Source: Deltaproteobacteria bacterium
GTDB lineage: Bacteria; Desulfobacterota; Deferrimicrobia; Deferrimicrobiales; Deferrimicrobiaceae
Assembly: GCA_016220005.1 (NCBI GenBank)
Contig: JACRIV010000113.1
Span: forward strand, 6,059-70,058
Length of the DNA stretch: 64,000 nt
Direction of reading: 5' to 3'
The notes under the pieces are model-generated. The model saw nothing but the letters and a program-made list of their open reading frames with translations, made no database searches and was not told the origin of the DNA. Both the position numbers and the translations under genes were made by a program. Of this stretch, positions 1 through 8,275 are shown one piece after another (within the stretch, counting starts at the first letter, position 1; each line of letters begins with the position of its first letter).

Positions 1-59
1 CGGGAGCAGGGACAGAGCGCAATCGCCGCCAGAAAGGCGGACGCGACAATACATCTCAC
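1..59 (-). CDS. N-terminal fragment of an unidentified CDS continuing beyond the window start (signal-peptide-like)
   Basis: GTG at 59 overlaps the TGA of the upstream LolA-like gene (GTGA). The 19 visible codons VRCIVASAFLAAIALCPCS are hydrophobic. Too short to classify. Confidence 0.2.
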   Translation of the reverse strand, partial: MRCIVASAFLAAIALCPCS

Positions 60-880
60 CTTGCAAACGCCTTCGGGGGGTTCTTCAGGGACCGCTCCGA
101 GAAAAGGCTGTCGGCGAGACCCAGATCATACTTCACCTCCCCGAAGGTCGCCTCGGTCCAGTGTCCGGTCTGCACGTTTTTCATCATGCGCTTGACCGTG
201 GTGGGGAACCCCTGGATGGGTTTGACCTCGTCGGCCGTGAAGACCCTGGACAGGCTTCCGCGCTTGTCGTAGTACTCTTCCTTCCAGAGGACGAAGTTTC
301 CCTTGTCGACCCAGGAGACCTTGTATCCGAAATCGGCGCTTTTTTCGTCCTTCGGGACGCTCTTTACCACGTAGACCTCTTTCCCCGCGTATTTCTCTTC
401 CCGGAGGAGCGCATGGTTGTCCTCCTCCACCGCCCTGCCCGAGACGTCCTCGTAGCTGAAGTCGGAGCCGACGAAGCTGGAACGCTTGTCGTTGGCGGCG
501 ATTCTCTTGACCAGTTTGATGGCCGGGAGGTAGAGCCAGCGGTCCGAGTCCCTTTGCGGATACTTCCAGACGAGGAAGGTCATGTCCCTTACATCGGCGG
601 GCTGAAGGAACAGGATGAAATACTTCTGGTCTCCCCCCGCCTTCACGTTTCTCCTCGCCATGAGAAGCTCCCGGACCCTTTCGCCTCCTTCCTTGCTCCG
701 AAGCCTCATCGTCACCTTCGTCTTCATGTCGTTTCCGGCGTAGAACTGCACCAGCGCGGACCGCCGCATCATCTCCTCCGCCCCGCCGGGCGTCTCGGCA
801 AAGGCCCGGGAGAAGAGGCCGCTCAGCAAGAGAAACAGGGAAAAGCCTGTCATCAGCCAAACAGCACGCTTTTTCGCCAT
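56..880 (-). CDS. LolA-like outer-membrane lipoprotein-sorting family protein (secreted)
   Basis: 274-aa ORF with ATG preceded by AGGAGG. N-terminal signal peptide (LFLLLSGLFSRAFA). Beta-rich body of the kind found next to MMPL/RND exporters. Lies 10 nt downstream of the MMPL gene. Confidence 0.7.
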   Translation of the reverse strand: MAKKRAVWLMTGFSLFLLLSGLFSRAFAETPGGAEEMMRRSALVQFYAGNDMKTKVTMRLRSKEGGERVRELLMARRNVKAGGDQKYFILFLQPADVRDMTFLVWKYPQRDSDRWLYLPAIKLVKRIAANDKRSSFVGSDFSYEDVSGRAVEEDNHALLREEKYAGKEVYVVKSVPKDEKSADFGYKVSWVDKGNFVLWKEEYYDKRGSLSRVFTADEVKPIQGFPTTVKRMMKNVQTGHWTEATFGEVKYDLGLADSLFSERSLKNPPKAFAR

Positions 881-890
881 CGCGAACCTC

Positions 891-3206
891 CTAAGTTCCT
901 TTGGTCAGCAACCGGGGGAAAAGGACGACAAGCGCGGGGAGCAAAAGGATCGTGGCCGCCGCCGAAAGCAGCATGATGGCCATCATGAAGATCCCCACGG
1001 TGACGTACGGGGTCAGGGCGGCGAAGATCATCGCGGCGAAGCCCGAAGCGAAAAGCACGGCGTTCCGGAGAATCCCCTTCCCCGGGCGGGCCACGGTCCA
1101 AAGAAGGGCTTCCTGCACGTCCTTCGTCTCCCCGTACCTCTGCCGGAAGCGGCTCGCGAAGTGGATGGCGAAGTCGACGGCCAGCCCCAGGGAGAGGGTG
1201 GAAAGGACGGAGATGGGCATGTCGAGGTCTTTCCCGACGAACCCCACCACCCCGTAGATGAGGACGATCGTGAAGAACAGGGGAAGGAAGCTGGCGATCC
1301 CCCACCAGAAGGAGCGGTAAGCCAGGACCAGGAGGAAAAGGACGAGGACGCAGGACGCGAGGAAACCCGAGAGCATCCCCCACAGGACCTCGTCGTTCCA
1401 CACCATGTTGAAATAGGCGATCCCGGCCGGCCGGATCTCGACCCCAGGGATGGGATTCGCCCGGAGATCGCCGCGGATCTGTTCGAGGAGGGCCTTCGTG
1501 TCCACGGCGTCCCAGGACTGGAGCTGGACGACCACGTTGGCCTTCCGGTACGGGTAGTCGATGACGTTGTTCAGGTCCCTCGGCTTGGCCGCCATGTTGA
1601 ACAGGAGAAGGTATTGGCCGATCGTCTCCCGGGAGTCGGGAACGGTTTCGTGGGCGGGGTCGTCGTCGTGGAGGACCCGGTTGACCCGCTTCACGTAGTC
1701 GGCCACGGAGACGGTCTTCCCCACCGGGTACCGTTTCTCGATTTCTTTTTGGAGTCCCTCCAAAGACCGCAGGACCTTCGGATCCGCGATCCCGCCCTCT
1801 TCCTTCGCGTCGGCCACCAGGTACAGGGTGGCCGTTCCTCCCAGGCTTTCGTTCAAAACACGGTCGGCCTTCCGCACCTCGCTTCCGGCCTTGAACCAGT
1901 GGATCATGTTGTTGTTGACCCGGATCCACGCGATCCCCACGGCCGAGACGCCGATGAGCAGGGCGCCCGCGAGGACCACCGCCGTCCTGCGGCCCGTCGC
2001 GAAGCGTCCCACGTCGTAAAGCAACCGGGAAACGACCCCGCCCGGGTCTTTTTTGAGGTTCACCCGCTCGATCCGCTCTTCCTTCATCAGGGCCATCAAG
2101 GCGGGAACCAGGGTAAAGCTCATCAGGAGGATGACGAGGGTCCCAACGGCCACCAGGAGGCCGAAGATCTTCACGGGGACGATGGGGCCTACGGCCAAAG
2201 AGGCGAAGCCCGCGGCCGTGGTGAGGTCCGAATAGGTAATCGGGGTGGCGGTGGCCTCCATCGTCTGGAGGATCGCCTCCCGCTTTTCTCGCACGTCCTT
2301 GTACCGGAAGTGGAACTCGTTGAAGATGTGCACCGTGTCGGTGCTGATGGCCATCAGGAACACGGGGCTCATCGAGGCCATGATGTGGATCGGCACCCCC
2401 AGGCCGATGAAGAAACCCATCGCCCATATGATGGAGATCATCGCGACGCCCATGTTCGCGACCACCAGGGTCGCGCTGCGGAACATGAAGTAGAGCGCGA
2501 CCATCATCACCATCCCCGCAAGGGGGGAGAACCAGGCCATTTGGCGGAACATCTCGATGCCGAAGGTGTCGCGGGCGACGGGGTCGCCGGCGAAGAAGAA
2601 CTGCTCCGGTCCCTTCTCCGCCGCGGTGATTTTCTTGATCCGGTCCGCGATCGCCTTCCCGTTCGCCCCCTTCTCGATGGGAACGTAGAGCGCCGACACC
2701 TTCCCGTCGGCGGAAACGAGCCGGTTGACCACGAGGGGGTTGCCAGTGATCCGCTTCCTTAGCGCGTCAATATCCTCCGCCCTCTCGGGGACGCGGGCAA
2801 GAAGCGGCTGGGCCCGGAGGGTATCCCCATCGACGGTTACGTCGTCCACCGTGGGGAGGCTGATCACGTCCCGCGCGACGATGCCGGGAAGTTTCAGGAC
2901 CTCATCCGTGATCCGCTCAATACGCCGGAGGCTTTCGGGGTTGAAGATCCCTCCTTCATTCCGTATCCCCACGACGATCACGTCGGGGTGCAGGCCGAAC
3001 CACCCCTCGACCTGGTCGTTGTACCGCCGGACCTGGGAGGTCTCGGGGAGCATGTTCTTGGGGTCCGTGTCGATCCTGATCTTCGGAAACTGGAGGCCGA
3101 AGGCGACCGTCAGGAGGAGCGTCAGACCCACCACGAACCGGGGGTGGGTCGCCGAAAACTCAACAAGCCTCCGCCGATATTGGACGAGTCTTTTGAGCAT
3201 CTTCAT
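891..3206 (-). CDS. MMPL/RND-superfamily membrane exporter (HpnN-like)
   Basis: 771 aa from ATG 3206 (MKMLKRLVQYRRRLVEFSATHPRF..). Two multi-TM blocks separated by large soluble loops. The extra 185 upstream codons of tracked ORF 891..3761 overlap the SQR-like gene and are Arg/Ser-rich noise. Confidence 0.85.
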   Translation of the reverse strand: MKMLKRLVQYRRRLVEFSATHPRFVVGLTLLLTVAFGLQFPKIRIDTDPKNMLPETSQVRRYNDQVEGWFGLHPDVIVVGIRNEGGIFNPESLRRIERITDEVLKLPGIVARDVISLPTVDDVTVDGDTLRAQPLLARVPERAEDIDALRKRITGNPLVVNRLVSADGKVSALYVPIEKGANGKAIADRIKKITAAEKGPEQFFFAGDPVARDTFGIEMFRQMAWFSPLAGMVMMVALYFMFRSATLVVANMGVAMISIIWAMGFFIGLGVPIHIMASMSPVFLMAISTDTVHIFNEFHFRYKDVREKREAILQTMEATATPITYSDLTTAAGFASLAVGPIVPVKIFGLLVAVGTLVILLMSFTLVPALMALMKEERIERVNLKKDPGGVVSRLLYDVGRFATGRRTAVVLAGALLIGVSAVGIAWIRVNNNMIHWFKAGSEVRKADRVLNESLGGTATLYLVADAKEEGGIADPKVLRSLEGLQKEIEKRYPVGKTVSVADYVKRVNRVLHDDDPAHETVPDSRETIGQYLLLFNMAAKPRDLNNVIDYPYRKANVVVQLQSWDAVDTKALLEQIRGDLRANPIPGVEIRPAGIAYFNMVWNDEVLWGMLSGFLASCVLVLFLLVLAYRSFWWGIASFLPLFFTIVLIYGVVGFVGKDLDMPISVLSTLSLGLAVDFAIHFASRFRQRYGETKDVQEALLWTVARPGKGILRNAVLFASGFAAMIFAALTPYVTVGIFMMAIMLLSAAATILLLPALVVLFPRLLTKGT

Positions 3207-3210
3207 CCCC

Positions 3211-4383
3211 TTAGAACCAGTGACGTAACCACCACTTCTCGAACAGGACCTTGGCAAAACGCCAGAGCCGGCCGGGTCGGCCGAACGTAACCGCCGGCTG
3301 CGGCTCCCCGTAGAAATTCCCGCTTCCGTAGCCGGCCATCCTGTAACCGGTCTCCAGGAAGCAGTATCCCTTACCGCCGAACTCTTTCCGGCTGGTTCCG
3401 CCCTTGATCTCGGAAGCGATATTGTGGGCCACCACCGATGCCTGGAAGTGGGCGAACACTCCCGCCTTGGGAAGCGGAAGAGGCGTGTCGGGACGGTACC
3501 TCCCGGGGAGCGAAATGGACGCGACGTCCCCGAGCGCGTAGATGTTCTCGAATCCCGTCTGCATCGTTCTCCTGTCCACGGGGATCCAGCCCGCCTCGTT
3601 CGCGAGGACAGACTTTCGGACGACTTCGGGACTTCGGTGCGGCGGTACGGCGACAAGGAGGTCGAAACCGGCCTTTTGGCCGTTATCGAAGGCGATCTCT
3701 TTTTTCCCCGGGTCCACCGAGGAAAGCTTGTGCTGCGGGTGGAAACCGATGCCCCGCTCATCCAGAAACTGCTTCACGGCGGTTCCCACTAGGGGCCCGG
3801 CGACAGGCATCGGAAGCTGCTCCGGGGTAAAAACGCGCAGGTCCACGTTGTCCCGGATTCCCCTTTGCCTGAAGGCGTACTCCAGCAAGAGGGCCGTCTC
3901 ATAGGGGGCGGCCGGACATTTGAAGGGAAGCGCGGAGATCACGACGGCCACCTTCCCACCGGCGAAACCTTTCAGGGCATCCCGGAGCGCGACGCTCCCT
4001 TCCAGGGAATAGGGAGTGTGTGCGGCGCCGGATAGCCCCGGAACGGCCTGGGGGTTCAGCTCGGCGCCGAGGGCGACGATCAGGTAGTCGTAGGCGAAAT
4101 CCCCGGAGCCGGTTTTCACAAGCCGGTTCCCCGGGTCGATCTCGAACGCTTCGGCATTCACGTATTCGATCCCCTTTTTCCTCAACAGGCTCAGATCCCG
4201 GATGATTTGGGGAGGGGTCCGCCATCCCAGCATGAGCCAAGTGAAAGAGGGAGCGAAGACGTGGTGCGTATCCCGATCCACCAGGACGATCCGGTGTTCC
4301 CTCCCCAACTTCTTGCGCAGCGCGTTGGAGGCGACGAGCCCCCCGACGCCGGCGCCCAGAACGACGATCGATTTCCCGGCCAT
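3211..4383 (-). CDS. sulfide:quinone oxidoreductase-like FAD-dependent oxidoreductase
   Basis: 390 aa from ATG 4383 (MAGKSIVVLGAGVGGL Rossmann motif). Cys contexts PFKCPAAPYE and GKGYCFLETG resemble the SQR redox cysteines. YALGDV motif present. Confidence 0.8.
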   Translation of the reverse strand: MAGKSIVVLGAGVGGLVASNALRKKLGREHRIVLVDRDTHHVFAPSFTWLMLGWRTPPQIIRDLSLLRKKGIEYVNAEAFEIDPGNRLVKTGSGDFAYDYLIVALGAELNPQAVPGLSGAAHTPYSLEGSVALRDALKGFAGGKVAVVISALPFKCPAAPYETALLLEYAFRQRGIRDNVDLRVFTPEQLPMPVAGPLVGTAVKQFLDERGIGFHPQHKLSSVDPGKKEIAFDNGQKAGFDLLVAVPPHRSPEVVRKSVLANEAGWIPVDRRTMQTGFENIYALGDVASISLPGRYRPDTPLPLPKAGVFAHFQASVVAHNIASEIKGGTSRKEFGGKGYCFLETGYRMAGYGSGNFYGEPQPAVTFGRPGRLWRFAKVLFEKWWLRHWF

Positions 4384-4394
4384 GGCCCCCTCCC

Positions 4395-5663
4395 CTATCC
4401 CCGTTTCAACGTCTCGCTCATGCGCAGCGCAACGATCGTTCCCGACGCGAAGGTAAGCCCCGCGATCACCGCGATGGCCCATGCGATCCCGAGCAGGTCC
4501 GCGACGATCCCCGCCAGCAGCGCGCCGAACGCGTAACCGGCGTCCCGCCAGAGCCGGTAGACCCCCACGGCGGAGGCCCGCCAGGATGGATGCGCCACGT
4601 CGCCGATGGCGGCCAGAAGCGTCGGGTACACCATCGCCGTGCCCATCCCCAGCAGGACGGCCCCCCCGAACCACGGGACAAAGGAGCGAGTTGCGGCGAT
4701 CAGGCCGATCCCCGAGGCCTGCACCCACATCCCGCCCGCTATCATCCACTTGCGTCCCAGATGGTCGGAAACCGCACCCGTGAAGAGCTGGCAGATGCCC
4801 CACACCGCCGGGTAGGCGGCGGCCAGAACGGCGATCCGCTCCACCGACAGTTGCCCCGCGGCGAAGAACAGGGGGAAAAGCCCCCAGGCCATCCCGTCGT
4901 TCAGGTTGTTGACCATCCCTGCCTGGCTGCAGGAGAAGAGGTCCGGATCCTTGTAGCTGGTGCGGGCGAAAATGTCCTTGAACGGGACATCGGCCACGCT
5001 GCCATGCTTTTGTGCTTCGTGACGGGCGTGCCCGTGCGTCTCCCGGACGAAGAACAGGGACAAGATCAGACCCAGCACAACGAACCCTACCCCGAGGTAA
5101 AAGGGGGCAGGCCGCAGGCCGTAAGCAGCTGCGATGTACCCGGTGGCCAGCGCCGCCAGGGAAACGGCCAGATACCCGGAGAACTCGTTCAGCCCCATCG
5201 CCAGGCCCCGCCGCTGCGGCCCCACCAGGTCGATCTTCATGATGACGGTGGTCGACCAGCAGAGCCCCTGGTTGATCCCCAGGAGGAAATTGGCGACGGT
5301 GATCCATCCCCATGAAGGCGCCCACATCAAGATCAACGGCACCGGCAGGCCGACGATCCACCCGCCGACGAGAAGTCCTTTTCTTCCGATCCGGTCGGAG
5401 AAACGTCCCGCGGCCAGGTTGGTGAACGCCTTGACGAACCCGAAACCCACGATGAACGATAGGACGACGCTCTTGGAAACCAGCCCGAACTCGCGCTCGG
5501 CGATCAGCGGCAGGATGGCCCGTTCCAGCCCGACCATCCCGCCGACGAAAGCGTTGACTAGGACCAGGAGCGAGAACTGGGGAAGGTTCTGCCGAAGCCC
5601 CAGGACCAGTTCCGAATCCCGGGGGGCCGGAAGATCCATCTTGTCGGTCGCCCTCCGGGACAT
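4395..5663 (-). CDS. MFS transporter
   Basis: 422-aa ORF with ATG start and about 12 predicted TM segments. MFS-type loop motif GRFSDRIGRK between TM2 and TM3, and a second copy SDHLGRK. Confidence 0.85.
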   Translation of the reverse strand: MSRRATDKMDLPAPRDSELVLGLRQNLPQFSLLVLVNAFVGGMVGLERAILPLIAEREFGLVSKSVVLSFIVGFGFVKAFTNLAAGRFSDRIGRKGLLVGGWIVGLPVPLILMWAPSWGWITVANFLLGINQGLCWSTTVIMKIDLVGPQRRGLAMGLNEFSGYLAVSLAALATGYIAAAYGLRPAPFYLGVGFVVLGLILSLFFVRETHGHARHEAQKHGSVADVPFKDIFARTSYKDPDLFSCSQAGMVNNLNDGMAWGLFPLFFAAGQLSVERIAVLAAAYPAVWGICQLFTGAVSDHLGRKWMIAGGMWVQASGIGLIAATRSFVPWFGGAVLLGMGTAMVYPTLLAAIGDVAHPSWRASAVGVYRLWRDAGYAFGALLAGIVADLLGIAWAIAVIAGLTFASGTIVALRMSETLKRG

Positions 5664-5673
5664 CGATCCTCCG

Positions 5674-5994
5674 TCAGAATGTCACGACGCGGTCCGATTC
5701 CCGGATCAGCGCGTGGAGGTCCTTCATCGTGGAGAGCGGGCACAGCTCCGACCCGGAGGAGTTCCGAAGCTTCAGGCACGTCCCGCACGCCAGGATCTGT
5801 CCGCCAGCCGCGAGGAAGCTTTCGGCCTGCCCCCGGGCGTCGAATTTCGGGTCTTCGATCCGGTCCAGTTCCACCCCTTCCGCCAGGAGGAACACCTTCA
5901 CCTCGTCTCCTTCCTTCCGGCTGAAGTTCGCCAGCCGGAACGCGTTGAACACCACTTCGGGGTTCGTCTGGGAAATCACCATCGCGAGCTTCAT
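5674..5994 (-). CDS. DsrE/DsrF-like family protein
   Basis: 106 aa from ATG 5994 (MKLAMVISQTNPEVVFNAFRLA..). ACGTCL Cys motif typical of the DsrE fold. ATGA overlap with the upstream gene stop. Confidence 0.75.
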   Translation of the reverse strand: MKLAMVISQTNPEVVFNAFRLANFSRKEGDEVKVFLLAEGVELDRIEDPKFDARGQAESFLAAGGQILACGTCLKLRNSSGSELCPLSTMKDLHALIRESDRVVTF

Positions 5995-6827
5995 TTTCCC
6001 TTCCTGCCTCCTTTTCCGTTTGATATGTCTTCCGCATGCTCCAGGGCGGCGGACAGCGCCAACGCGCACACCGTAAGGGACTCCTCCAGGCCGGCATCCC
6101 CCCCTTTTTCGAAATCCTCCCCGCGCGTCGCCATAGCGTTGGTGACGTGGGCCAGGCAGACCACCGGCTTGCCAAGCGCCGCGCCCAGCGCGATGAGCGC
6201 CGCCGCCTCCATCTCGACCGAGACGACGCCTTCATCCCGCCGTGCCGCGATCAGGCTTCCCGTCTCCCGGAACGGGGCATCGGTCGTCCAGGAGGTTCCC
6301 CTTTGGACGGGGATCCCCGCCTCCGCCATCCGCCGCGCGACGACCGCGATCAGCGACGGAGAAGCGACCGAAAACCGCCCCGCAGGAAAGTAGTGGTGGC
6401 TCGTGCCTTCGTCGCGCAACGCCTTCTCGATCAGAAGGAAGAACGGCGGAGAAAGTCCCGGGGCGATGAGCCCCGCGGAAGAGATGCTCACCAGCGCGTC
6501 GCAGCCGAGGGCGAACAGCTCTTCGGCGACGAGGACGGCAAACGGCGCGCCGACCGTCCCGCCGATCACGCCGCATTCGGCGCCACCCGCCTTCCATCGG
6601 AGCAGCCGGGTGTGGAAGCAGGGCCACGCGGGTTCCACCGCGGCCCGCCCCGTGGCGAGAAGGTGATCCGCAAGCTCCCCGTCGAAATCCAGCAGGCACC
6701 CGGCCGGGGCCGTAATCCGCGGCAACCTCTTCCGGCGCCGGGCCGCCTCCAGCAGATTGCCGGGCAGGAAGACCGGAGGGTCGCCGGGATCGTGGTCCAA
6801 GAGGGGGGAGCGGAGCTTATCAACCAC
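5991..6827 (-). CDS. nucleoside phosphorylase-fold protein (PNP/UDP family)
   Basis: 278-aa ORF with GTG start overlapping the arsR 3' end by 8 nt. Motifs GGTVGAPFAV, SISSAG and VEMEAAAL match the PNP_UDP_1 fold. Confidence 0.7.
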   Translation of the reverse strand: MVDKLRSPLLDHDPGDPPVFLPGNLLEAARRRKRLPRITAPAGCLLDFDGELADHLLATGRAAVEPAWPCFHTRLLRWKAGGAECGVIGGTVGAPFAVLVAEELFALGCDALVSISSAGLIAPGLSPPFFLLIEKALRDEGTSHHYFPAGRFSVASPSLIAVVARRMAEAGIPVQRGTSWTTDAPFRETGSLIAARRDEGVVSVEMEAAALIALGAALGKPVVCLAHVTNAMATRGEDFEKGGDAGLEESLTVCALALSAALEHAEDISNGKGGRKGK

Positions 6828-7176
6828 GGGAAGCCACCTGCTCTTTCCTCGCCCGCTCCTTTTCCCGGTCGATCTGCTCTTTCGTCTTGCGAACGATGGG
6901 CAGGTCGGCGGCCAACAGGTCCAGAATCCCTTCGACCAGTTTCGGGCGGCTCAAGTAGTAGCAGCGCAGCGCCCCGTCCTGGGCGAAGTCCACGAGCCGG
7001 GCGTTCCGGAGCACCGTCAGGTGCTGGGAGATGTTCACCTGCGTGACGGGTAGGATCTCCTCCATGTCCGTGACGCACCGCGTCCCCTTGCGCAGCTCGT
7101 TGAGGATCTGAAGGCGCGTGGGGTGGGCGAAGGCTTTGAGCAGTTCGGCCCATTCGTTCGCGCGATCGGCGTCCAT
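6820..7176 (-). CDS. ArsR/SmtB-family transcriptional regulator
   Basis: 118 aa with ATG preceded by GGAGGAG. Winged-HTH signature HPTRLQILNEL...VNISQHLTVLRNARLV. One Cys at the ArsR alpha-3 position (RCVTDM) and one at ALRCYYL. Confidence 0.85.
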   Translation of the reverse strand: MDADRANEWAELLKAFAHPTRLQILNELRKGTRCVTDMEEILPVTQVNISQHLTVLRNARLVDFAQDGALRCYYLSRPKLVEGILDLLAADLPIVRKTKEQIDREKERARKEQVASRG

Positions 7177-7189
7177 ATCTCCTCCACAT

Positions 7190-7207
7190 AGAACATTAGA
7201 ATGTTCT
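7190..7207. promoter_or_regulatory. Perfect 8-2-8 palindrome AGAACATT-AG-AATGTTCT, candidate ArsR/SmtB operator
   Basis: Lies 14 nt upstream of the arsR ATG and immediately downstream of the putative -10. The GAACA..TGTTC core resembles known ArsR/SmtB operators. Confidence 0.45.
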
Positions 7208-7208
7208 T

Positions 7209-7236
7209 ATATTACATGAGATGCTGCAAAAAGCAA
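7209..7236 (-). promoter_or_regulatory. Putative sigma-70 promoter of the arsR operon (TTGCTT-16 nt-TAATAT)
   Basis: Hexamers read on the minus strand. AT-rich divergent intergenic region 7177-7342. Confidence 0.3.
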
Positions 7237-7342
7237 GAAGTTGAGCCGCAGGAACGAAAACCCGGGGTTCCGCGCGGGCGGATATTCTTTGGTAACATTT
7301 CGGGGACTCCGCTATCTATTCAGTGCGAGGAGAGGAGCGAAG

Positions 7343-8011
7343 ATGCCGAAAGAGGAAAAAGATCTTCTTCGAAAGTCCGCCAAAGGCGATGCCGCATCGT
7401 TCGGAGAGATCGTCGCGAGGTACCGGTACCTCGTTTACGCCATGGCGCTGCAAATCGTCAAGGACCCCGCGGCCGCCCAGGACATCGCCCAGGAGACCTT
7501 CATCTCCGCGTTCGCCGCGCTGAAGGATCTCCGGTCGATCGAGGCGTTTCCGTCGTGGCTGCGAAAGATCGCCCGGAACAAGGCCCTGGCCTGGCGTAAA
7601 GAACAGGACCGGCTCGCGCCGCTGGAGGACGCGGGGGTCCTGCCGTCGCCGCCCGCCGCGTCCCCGATGGAAACGGAGGGTGAACGGAACGAGGCCGCCG
7701 CGTTCCGCAAGGAGATCCGCGCAATCGTCTCGTCGCTCTCCGATACGCTTCGATTCCCCCTCCTGCTCTGTTACCTCGATGACGTCCCCACGGCGGAGGC
7801 AGCCCGCTTCCTGGGGATCTCGGAGGGCGCCGTCCGGAAACGGCTTCACGACGGGAAGAAAAAGCTCCAGGAACGGATCGTCAGGATGGCGGAGAAGACC
7901 TTCCAGGAGTACCGCCTGCCGCGGGATTTCTCGAGGCGGTGCATCTGCGGATGCCGGCGCGCGCGGCAGGCGCAAACGAAAGAAACCGGGAACCGGTCGG
8001 AAAGGGGGTGA
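7343..8011 (+). CDS. ECF (sigma-70 family) RNA polymerase sigma factor with short Cys-containing C-terminal extension
   Basis: 222 aa from ATG 7343 (AGGAGAGGAG RBS). Region 2 DIAQETFISAFAAL..FPSWLRKIARNKA. Region 4 TAEAARFLGISEGAVRKRLHDGKKKL. Roughly 45-aa tail ending ..RRCICGCRRARQ... Confidence 0.85.
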   Translation: MPKEEKDLLRKSAKGDAASFGEIVARYRYLVYAMALQIVKDPAAAQDIAQETFISAFAALKDLRSIEAFPSWLRKIARNKALAWRKEQDRLAPLEDAGVLPSPPAASPMETEGERNEAAAFRKEIRAIVSSLSDTLRFPLLLCYLDDVPTAEAARFLGISEGAVRKRLHDGKKKLQERIVRMAEKTFQEYRLPRDFSRRCICGCRRARQAQTKETGNRSERG

Positions 8012-8124
8012 TCCTGTTGGCCAAGAAGGAAAACTGCGGGTGCGGGTGCGTCCCGCCGGGTAAGACGAGCAAGCCGAACGCCAAAGCGGAGAAAACGAAA
8101 ACGCCGAAGAAGCAGACGAAGTGA
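8008..8124 (+). CDS. Candidate micro-ORF (35-38 aa), Cys/Lys-rich: (V)ILLAKKENCGCGCVPPGKTSKPNAKAEKTKTPKKQTK
   Basis: GTG at 8008 overlaps the sigma-factor TGA (GTGA). An alternative TTG at 8017 lies 8 nt after GGGGG. No homology recognised and coding status unproven. Confidence 0.3.
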   Translation: MILLAKKENCGCGCVPPGKTSKPNAKAEKTKTPKKQTK

Positions 8125-8139
8125 TTTAGCACATCATGG

Positions 8140-8188
8140 ACGGGGAGGGATGAACATCCCGTCATGTGGACGGTTGATCCCTCCCCGT
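8140..8188. terminator. Imperfect 16-bp inverted repeat between convergent units (ACGGGGAGGGATGAAC ... GTTGATCCCTCCCCGT)
   Basis: 15/16 complementary arms with a 17-nt loop. No U-tract on either strand, so terminator function is only inferred. Confidence 0.3.
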
Positions 8189-8275
8189 TACCGGTCCGAA
8201 CCCGGGCTCAGCATTCCTCGCAGCCTCCGGGGAGCCCCCCTTTGACTTCCCTCTTTTTTTCATTATACGCCCGCC

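Noticed and set aside
3207-3761. N-terminal extensions of tracked ORFs (891..3761, 3211..5361, 11809..13386, 12606..13943, 16008..18383, 31926..34235, 22096..23373, 50274..51728, among others)
   Set aside because: The extensions overlap the preceding, well-supported gene in another frame and are Arg/Gly/Pro-rich. In each case an internal start with an RBS or a 4-nt overlap coincides with the conserved family N-terminus.
7250-7328. ECF-type autoregulatory promoter (GGAAC at 7250, GGTAAC-N16-TCTAT at about 7300)
   Set aside because: The matches to the AAC / CGT-type ECF consensus are partial and there are several alternatives. It is mentioned only as something to test.
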